Origin: a virus
Lineage: Duplodnaviria; Caudoviricetes
DNA length: 34,388 nucleotides
Direction: 5' to 3' (one strand)
IMG/VR virus record: IMGVR_UViG_3300018089_000004
Span: 1-34,388 of that record
Shown: in pieces, positions 8,939-14,889 of the stretch
Layout: each line of letters begins with the position of its first letter
Numbering within the stretch: position 1 is the stretch's first letter
Translations under genes and position numbers: made by a program
The notes under the pieces: model-generated
The model's database searches: none
What the model was told of the DNA's origin: nothing
The model's input: the letters and a program-made list of their open reading frames with translations, nothing else

Positions 8939-9139
8939 TCAGGCCGCCGCCGGCGCCTTGCCGTCCTTCGTGTCGGGGGGAAGCTCGACCGTCTCGCCTA
9001 GTTCCTTGGTCAAAAGGTCCGCCAGTTCTTTGCGGTCCTCCGCGGAAAGTTTCTTGATCTCCTCCGCGAATCCCAAGATTGTCTGACCAGGCTTTTTGCC
9101 AAAAAAGGTCAGCATAGCGCCCGCAAAACTCTTTGCCAT
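8939..9139 (-). CDS. Early hypothetical helical protein
   Basis: 66 aa; junction element upstream. Confidence 0.78.
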   Translation of the reverse strand: MAKSFAGAMLTFFGKKPGQTILGFAEEIKKLSAEDRKELADLLTKELGETVELPPDTKDGKAPAAA

Positions 9140-9171
9140 GGTATGAACCTCCAGACACCGGCCCGGGCCGG

Positions 9172-9537
9172 TTACTTAATTGGCAGATACGGAAAAAGAA
9201 TCCTCGATGGAAGAGACGGCGACCGCTCGCTGTGCCTGGCATTGTAGTAAGAGTCAAGACACCTTCGGGCATAGGGTCCGTTCCAGAGGCTACGCGGGCA
9301 TAGCCTCTTTGCTAGTTTCCAGGCCTTAAACTCCCTTGCAATAACGCCTTCCCAAGACGCCATTTCATACGGTCCTCTGTTATGCCCAAGTAGAGCATGA
9401 GACAGTTCGTGAGCGAGGGCAGTTGCTCGAATGCTGTCATTCGTCATGAGGCTGGACAAGTGGACCTCACCCGGAGTAGAATTCCAAGACCCGGAATTTC
9501 TCTCCATCATGCAGTTCCCTTTAATGACTATTAACAT
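9172..9537 (-). CDS. HExxH zinc metallopeptidase-like protein (ImmA/IrrE-like)
   Basis: ALAHELSHALLGH with a downstream E..AW (AREFKAW). Confidence 0.7.
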   Translation of the reverse strand: MLIVIKGNCMMERNSGSWNSTPGEVHLSSLMTNDSIRATALAHELSHALLGHNRGPYEMASWEGVIAREFKAWKLAKRLCPRSLWNGPYARRCLDSYYNARHSERSPSLPSRILFPYLPIK

Positions 9538-9618
9538 GGTTCAATCCTCCAGACTGAGGCCGGGCCGCGGCCGCGTCTTACAGCAAGCTTGCGCGGTCGG
9601 CCGGACCCCGTCCTCGCA

Positions 9619-9828
9619 TCAGTGCGAGAAAGCGATTCGGACGGCGTCAGGGATGTCAGCAAGCTTCAGTGTCCGGGCCGGCAGATGCTCGCCTCTCCTC
9701 AATTCATAGAGAAGAACCGTTCCACCGGGCAGCCTGAAGTACTCGCGGACGCCGAGGGCATCAACGATGTTGACGCGGTCGGCCTTCCCCTGCTCGTCCT
9801 TAAAGATGGTGGTAGTAGGGTTTATCAT
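9619..9828 (-). CDS. Early hypothetical protein
   Basis: 69 aa; junction element upstream. Confidence 0.7.
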   Translation of the reverse strand: MINPTTTIFKDEQGKADRVNIVDALGVREYFRLPGGTVLLYELRRGEHLPARTLKLADIPDAVRIAFSH

Positions 9829-9851
9829 GGTGTTCCTCCAGACACGGCCGG

Positions 9852-10070
9852 TTAGGACCGGCCCTCGGCCTTGGCGATGGCGGCGCGATTAGCACAGCGG
9901 AAAGCGGTCGCGGGGCTTCTATGAAAGCTAGAGCAACACAATTCCTCTATTTTTTCTCTCCCTATATAACCGTGATATTTATACGGAGAGCCAGTTAATT
10001 GGCGAGGAGGGAACGCCCGCCACGGCCCTGGCGTGTGCCTGTCTTTCTGGGCTGTCAGCTTGTCTGTCAT
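9852..10070 (-). CDS. First early gene; hypothetical (HTPGPW...AIAKAEG phage family)
   Basis: Start revised to ATG 10070. HTPGPW and C-terminal AAIAKAEG are a common phage small-protein pattern. Confidence 0.75.
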   Translation of the reverse strand: MTDKLTAQKDRHTPGPWRAFPPRQLTGSPYKYHGYIGREKIEELCCSSFHRSPATAFRCANRAAIAKAEGRS

Positions 10071-10077
10071 GGTTTGT

Positions 10078-10220
10078 TCCTCCAGACAGTGCCCGGACGA
10101 ACCGGACACGGCCGACGGCGCCACCGTCTCGTTGTTTCGGCCTTCTTTCTTTTAACGTCCCCCAGGCCGCCAGAAGTGGCAGGACCTAGCTAGGGTCCCT
10201 CATCAGTGGAGGAGGGGACG
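10078..10220 (-). ncRNA. Hammerhead ribozyme (type I-like, with core insertion and loop-II pseudoknot)
   Basis: Stem I UCCUCCA (10213-10207) pairs with UGGAGGA (10084-10078). Core CUGAUGA is at 10206-10200. Stem II GGCCU (10168-10164) pairs with AGGCC (10143-10139). GAAAC is at 10138-10134. Stem III is ACA/UGU and the cleavage triplet GUC is at 10087-10085. Loop-II GGGGACG pairs with CGUCCCC (10220-10214). Confidence 0.8.
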
Positions 10221-10496
10221 AGGAGGAAAAGGAATTGCTTCCTTTTCAGTTACCATGTTCTAGTTGTCCTTGACCGTCTCTCCGCGTCGGCTGTTCCTGC
10301 CCTAGAGGACGCGCGGCCTGTGTCCGATCAGTCTGGCACTAAGGCGTGTCTGCCCAGAGCAATGACCGGAGACTGCGCGTCTTGAGGCCGTCTTGGTTGG
10401 TCCCTGACGGTTGCCTTGACGCCTTGAAATGGTTAGGTTGTCAGCTACCCACCGGGTAGCGAGTCCCTGTCTCTTGGACAGTTCATCCCTCTATAC

Positions 10497-10513
10497 TGCA
10501 AGTAGCGTGCCAA
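10497..10513 (-). promoter_or_regulatory. sigma54 (-24/-12) promoter driving the early operon
   Basis: TTGGCACG-CTAC-TTGCA is a perfect match to TGGCACG-N4-TTGCW. Predicted +1 is about 10486, with an AT-rich upstream region. Confidence 0.8.
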
Positions 10514-10732
10514 GTGGGTCCAGGGGAAAAGCGCTGATCTTAATGTTTGTTATGTCTGTTATAGATGACAGTTGCCCTCTAAATAGGACAGTTATAAATG
10601 TTAGATTGTTCATAATTGGCCATTCTAGATCAGCGCCTCTAAAAGAGGCGAAGGCTTCGCCTCAGTCGCTTAGATGCTCCTTCGCTCAGCCTCTAATTAT
10701 AACAAATATAACATGTTAGATCATGTTATAAC

Positions 10733-10759
10733 GCTATACTGTGTGCGACACAGTATAGC
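10733..10759. promoter_or_regulatory. Perfect 12-bp inverted repeat, putative protein-binding site
   Basis: GCTATACTGTGT-gcg-ACACAGTATAGC; a related copy is at 11110-11127. Confidence 0.5.
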
Positions 10760-11193
10760 CTTGCCTGTCCCCTCCCTCCCCCATGCTCTCCCCTGTTACT
10801 CATGAGAAGACATGCCTTGGAGCACCCCTGCACAAGGCCTTGTGTAGCCAATAGATACGCACTAGATGCAGTAGCAACAGGGGAGGAGGGTATCGTTCGT
10901 ATACAAAAAAAATGTCAAACTGATAGCCAAGGATTGTTGCGGCCATAGCCAAGGCAGACGAGGATGACCAGGGGATCGAATCGACCGGATCACCCGTCGG
11001 CCCCCCTAGAACGTCGAGCGAACAAAGGATAGCCCTCCTCGCGCTGCGCAATACATCTCTATAGCGCCTATAGGGCCATGTGGGGGGACTGGATACTGGA
11101 TCGTGTACGCTGTGTGTCACACAGTATCTCCTTAAAAATAAAGATTACTATAGCAGGATCAGCGAGTTACAGGCCAAATTGGCCTATATACGG

Positions 11194-11223
11194 TTGACAG
11201 GATCAGGCGGGACCTGTCAGAAT
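11194..11223 (+). promoter_or_regulatory. sigma70-type promoter for the rightward (late/structural) arm
   Basis: TTGACA-N18-CAGAAT with an extended -10 TG, 20 nt before the first rightward gene. Confidence 0.6.
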
Positions 11224-11242
11224 TGGACTGTAGGGGAGAAGA

Positions 11243-11965
11243 ATGCCCGACGCTCTCGAGAAGAAGCTCCTAGGCGAGGTGCACGGCCACAAGGTCTTCC
11301 AGGTGGACGGCGGCCAGGTCCGGAAGAACATCAACGAGGAGTTCACCAACTGGGCCGCCCACTGGGACCACCCAGGAGTAGTGCCACAAGGGGAAGTGTG
11401 GATCGACAAGGGAGCGCACCCAGCCGAGATCCCGATCTTTGTGGATAGGGCGATCAAGGAGGGGCGGCTGGCTCAGGGAGGCCACATGGCCCCCGAGAAG
11501 GTCAGGGAAGCTGGAGATAGGTATGAGGAAGCCGAGAGACAGAAGATCTTTGGGTCGCTCGTTGCGGGCAAGAATCTGGCTGGCCATCCTGGGGTGCGAG
11601 AGGTTCCTGTGGCGCATGACCCGGGGTCGGAGCCCTCGAATCGTGTACGGCTGGTGCTCGTGGACGGGGAACAGATCCGAAATGGTCCTGACCCCCAGCA
11701 CGAGAACTTCACGGAGGGCGGGAACCACGGGCCGTATAAGTGGATCCCCAGGAACGAGATCTGGCTCGAGCAGGGAATGCAACCTAGCGAACTGGGCCTC
11801 ACTGCTCTGCACGAGTTGCACGAGCGCAGACAGATGCTTGGTGCGGGAGCGAGTTACGGCCATGCTCACCGATCGGCCAGTATCGTCGAGCATTACGCTA
11901 GGGAAAATCCGCATCTTCTTCCTGCGATGCTTAGGGCTGAGATAGCGGCAAACGACAGAGTTTAG
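11243..11965 (+). CDS. Hypothetical protein with tandemly duplicated zincin-like domain
   Basis: Two repeats of VDG..(V/I)R...E(E/N)FT....H......P..E(V/I)W. The second carries LHELHE...AH. Confidence 0.75.
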   Translation: MPDALEKKLLGEVHGHKVFQVDGGQVRKNINEEFTNWAAHWDHPGVVPQGEVWIDKGAHPAEIPIFVDRAIKEGRLAQGGHMAPEKVREAGDRYEEAERQKIFGSLVAGKNLAGHPGVREVPVAHDPGSEPSNRVRLVLVDGEQIRNGPDPQHENFTEGGNHGPYKWIPRNEIWLEQGMQPSELGLTALHELHERRQMLGAGASYGHAHRSASIVEHYARENPHLLPAMLRAEIAANDRV

Positions 11966-12025
11966 CATAGTAAGTAGACAAAACGTCTACATACTATGTA
12001 GAAAAATGGGGGCTGGAGGAGGCGA

Positions 12026-12343
12026 ATGGCTCTGTTCTGGGAGACTTATAAAGGCTTTGACGGTGAGTGGCGCTCGTTTGAGCATGACAAAGCAATGGAA
12101 TATCGCCCGGGGAAAAATCCAACCCGGGATCTGATATTAATAAGGACAGGAGGTCTTATGAAAAAGCGTATCCTGGATTTCATCAAGAGCTTGAAGTGGG
12201 GCTACGGGGCCTTGATCGCGGCCCTGTCGGTCGCTCAGTACTTCAGGCTGCTCAAGCTGTTCGGCAGCAAGCTTCTAGGCGCCGCTGTGATCGCGGTCGC
12301 TGCGGCTCTCGTGCTCAGCCTGATGCGCCACAAGAAGATCTAG
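12026..12343 (+). CDS. Membrane protein, holin-like (second in-frame start at 12158)
   Basis: Two hydrophobic helices and a basic C-terminus. Strong SD before both ATG 12026 and ATG 12158. Confidence 0.5.
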   Translation: MALFWETYKGFDGEWRSFEHDKAMEYRPGKNPTRDLILIRTGGLMKKRILDFIKSLKWGYGALIAALSVAQYFRLLKLFGSKLLGAAVIAVAAALVLSLMRHKKI

Positions 12344-12505
12344 GTGGACATCGACGACTTTCCGTGGCTGGTCATTGTCCAGCGCCTAGACACCGGGGAA
12401 CCGGTTGTCTCGGCAGGGTTCATGCTGGAAGTGTCGGCCCGGACGCATGCCAACAATATCGTTGACTGCGTTCCTGAGGCAGTCGTAACGATCCTAGAGA
12501 TCTAG
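12344..12505 (+). CDS. Small hypothetical protein (53 aa)
   Basis: GTG immediately after the previous stop; MDIDDFPWLVIVQRLDTGEP...; fills the gap between genes. Confidence 0.5.
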   Translation: MDIDDFPWLVIVQRLDTGEPVVSAGFMLEVSARTHANNIVDCVPEAVVTILEI

Positions 12506-12536
12506 AGGGAACTGGGGGCCTATCACGGAGGGATTG

Positions 12537-12884
12537 ATGGGCCTCTACAACAAAAAGAGATCAGAGCGCGTGCACGTCTCGTCGGAAGACGAAGATTCGA
12601 TCATGCGCTATGAGGCGGGAGAGGAAGAGGACCCCGAGGGCGCCGATACTCTGAACGCCCACAGCCGGCACAACCCCAAAAAGGCCAAGGGGCCCGGCGG
12701 GAAGAAGTGGATGAGCCGCGAGGGCAAGCGGGAGAAGAAGGCCGGAACCAAGGGCGCCCTGCACAGGGCGCTGCACATTCCCGAGGCTAAGAAGATCCCA
12801 ACCGACCTTCTGCAGCATTTGCAGCACAAGGGCGGGCACGTTGGCCACATGGCCGGTATGGCCCTGAGGTACAGGGGTAAGTAA
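12537..12884 (+). CDS. Basic hypothetical phage protein
   Basis: KGALHRALHIPEAKKIP motif; GGAGG upstream. Confidence 0.7.
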   Translation: MGLYNKKRSERVHVSSEDEDSIMRYEAGEEEDPEGADTLNAHSRHNPKKAKGPGGKKWMSREGKREKKAGTKGALHRALHIPEAKKIPTDLLQHLQHKGGHVGHMAGMALRYRGK

Positions 12885-13214
12885 ATGGCCGTCGAGAATT
12901 TCGACTCTCTCCGGGACGACTTGCAGAAGGCGATCCAGAAGATCCACGGCAAGGATGCCTGGATCGACGACTTCTCGACCACGGAAGCTATCTTCCACAA
13001 GCCAGGGAAAAAGGGGCGCGGCGTCAGCGATGGTGGGTCGTCTCAGGCCTATGCGGTGCCCTATACGCTCGAGAATGGCGGAGTCAAGTTCACTGGCAAG
13101 CACTACCCGGTCAAGCGGGTGAGTGGCTGGCAGCGGGTGCACAAGGACGCGGTTCACAAACTCGAGGGAGAGCAGACTGTGTCGGCAGCCCCGAAGGGCG
13201 GACCGTCGGACTAG
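12885..13214 (+). CDS. Hypothetical protein
   Basis: 109 aa abutting the previous stop; typical codon usage. Confidence 0.75.
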   Translation: MAVENFDSLRDDLQKAIQKIHGKDAWIDDFSTTEAIFHKPGKKGRGVSDGGSSQAYAVPYTLENGGVKFTGKHYPVKRVSGWQRVHKDAVHKLEGEQTVSAAPKGGPSD

Positions 13215-13324
13215 ATGTCAATCAACTTGGCATAAACGCGGGTGCGCGGCCGGGGTATCCCGGTGAGGGGCCACAAGTCGGACATACTGTGGTGGCGGGA
13301 CAATAGCCGACTTAGGGGGACTGG

Positions 13325-14005
13325 ATGAAGATTACAGAGTTCGCGGCTGTCCTGGTTGTGACGGCGTTGGCCGTCGTTGCCACCTGGTCGGCGGTCGATG
13401 CCTGGAAGTCCAAGCATGATCTGTCGGCTGCCAAGCGACAGATTGCTCTCGACACGCAGACGATCCAAGCGGCGAAGGCCGACGAGGCCGCAGCAGCGCA
13501 GATCGTCAAGGAGAGAGAGCAAGAAGTCGCTGCCCTGAATGAGCAGTTAGTTCAATCGGAGAAGGCCGCTGCCCAAGACCACGCCAAGCAGGAAGCGAAA
13601 ATACAGGCTATTCAGTCGGCCAAGCCATCGGATCTGGCCGAGCAGGCGAACCAGATGTTCGGCGGCGGCATACGTTACAATGGGTCGGCATTTGTTGTAG
13701 AAGAGCAGACCTTTCGTAACATGTTCTCGAAGGCGGTCTCGGCCGATATGTTTTCCCTGGACCTAGTCCACGCCAAAGATCAGATTATCAATCTCAAGGC
13801 ACAGATCACGGCGCTGGGCGGAGCAGTCGCTGGAAAAGACGGCATCATCGCCGGTAAGGACAAAGAGATCTCTGGATGGTCTGACACAGTGACACAGCTA
13901 AACAAGGCATTGTCGGCCCAGAAGAGACGCAGCTTTTGGTCCCAAGTCAGGGACTCGGCGATTGCCGGAGGGATCGGCTATGTTGCTGGCCGACTTACTA
14001 AGTAA
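13325..14005 (+). CDS. N-terminally anchored coiled-coil protein (i-spanin/Rz-like)
   Basis: N-terminal TM followed by a long Ala/Gln/Glu/Lys coiled coil. Confidence 0.55.
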   Translation: MKITEFAAVLVVTALAVVATWSAVDAWKSKHDLSAAKRQIALDTQTIQAAKADEAAAAQIVKEREQEVAALNEQLVQSEKAAAQDHAKQEAKIQAIQSAKPSDLAEQANQMFGGGIRYNGSAFVVEEQTFRNMFSKAVSADMFSLDLVHAKDQIINLKAQITALGGAVAGKDGIIAGKDKEISGWSDTVTQLNKALSAQKRRSFWSQVRDSAIAGGIGYVAGRLTK

Positions 14006-14889
14006 TGAGACGACGCGGATCCAAGCCCCATGGCATGTCTATCCAGCAGAAAAAGTTCGTAGCCGGAAAGCTGGCCGGGAAGACGAATAAACAGGCCGCC
14101 CTAGACGCCGGATACGCCGCCTCTACCGGCAATGCTCTTATGCAGAAGATGGTTGTCAAGACAGCCCTGCAGACGGCTCTTGACCGCGGCAACTGTGGCG
14201 AGGATAGAATCGTCAAGACCTTCGACGACGGCCTGAAGTCACGCACGCCGCGGCGCCGGGACAAGGACGGAAACGTCGTAGTCGAATCTGGGCCTGACAA
14301 CTTCGTTCGCGCGATCTACCTGGACAAGCTCCTCAAGGTGCACGGGGCCTATGCTCCAGAAAAGCACATCACCGAGGAGCGAAAGATCCAGATCAACATC
14401 AACGCCAAGGTCGTCCAGGGCCTTCGACAGGCTGGGGCGATCACGGTGGAGGAAGTGGGGGAGCTAGAGATTGGACCTGATAACCCGGCTGACCTCGAAG
14501 GAGTGGTGGAGGCAGAAGTGCTTAGCCCCGAGGGGCGGCCTCTTCTTCCTGTGCCGGAATGTCCTGATGACCTTGGAGTCAGTGGATCCGGGATACCAGG
14601 AACTACATCCGGCGACACACCAGAGGCTGTGCACGTTCGTCGAGCAGTGGGCGAGGCCGGGACAGAAGCTCCTGATTCTGATGCCGAGAGGCTGGGTCAA
14701 GAGTTACATTGTGACGGTGGGGTGGCTGATCCAGAGGATGCTCCTGGACATCCTGGCGGGGAAGAGGGAGACTTGGATCATAAACAATGCGACACTCCCG
14801 AACGCAGTTCAGTTCCTGGACCGGTCGAAGTACAACTTCCTAGCGAACGACCTTCTGCGTGGCCTTTTCTCAGACTGCCTTCCCGATAA
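14005..14889 (+). CDS. terS: Terminase small subunit with long disordered C-terminal extension
   Basis: QQKKFV...KQAALDAGYA HTH typical of TerS; immediately upstream of and overlapping TerL. Confidence 0.75.
   Translation: MRRRGSKPHGMSIQQKKFVAGKLAGKTNKQAALDAGYAASTGNALMQKMVVKTALQTALDRGNCGEDRIVKTFDDGLKSRTPRRRDKDGNVVVESGPDNFVRAIYLDKLLKVHGAYAPEKHITEERKIQININAKVVQGLRQAGAITVEEVGELEIGPDNPADLEGVVEAEVLSPEGRPLLPVPECPDDLGVSGSGIPGTTSGDTPEAVHVRRAVGEAGTEAPDSDAERLGQELHCDGGVADPEDAPGHPGGEEGDLDHKQCDTPERSSVPGPVEVQLPSERPSAWPFLRLPSR

Larger units (their letters stand above)
7069..10109 (-). repeat. Ten copies of a gene-junction element: GC hairpin + GTCTGGAGG + 2-6 nt + ACCATG
   Basis: Plus-strand cctccagac occurs at 7078, 7345, 7930, 8202, 8483, 8923, 9148, 9546, 9835 and 10079. 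On the minus strand each copy is followed by ACCATG and preceded by a hairpin. Confidence 0.95.

Noticed and set aside
36-9855. Plus-strand ORFs across the left arm (e.g. 254-733, 1939-2694, 2430-2918)
   Set aside because: They are antisense shadows of motif-bearing minus-strand genes in GC-rich DNA.
7069-10090. The repeated junction motif as a CRISPR array, given the Cas4-like gene nearby
   Set aside because: The repeat is only 9 nt, the intervals are 225-585 nt protein-coding genes, and there is no cas1/cas2. The Cas4-like nuclease is a common solo phage exonuclease.
6796-10109. Gene cassettes with hairpins as an integron attC array
   Set aside because: The hairpins are far shorter than attC sites and lack consistent RYYYAAC/GTTRRRY boxes. 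No tyrosine recombinase is present, and G-U pairs point to RNA-level structure.
10429-11448. ORFs 10429-10719(+), 10800-11120(-) and 11080-11448(+)
   Set aside because: They have no good SD and atypical composition, and they overlap promoters and dyads. The region is better explained as non-coding control DNA.
13227-13243. TTGGCAT as a second sigma54 promoter
   Set aside because: There is no TTGC at the -12 position.
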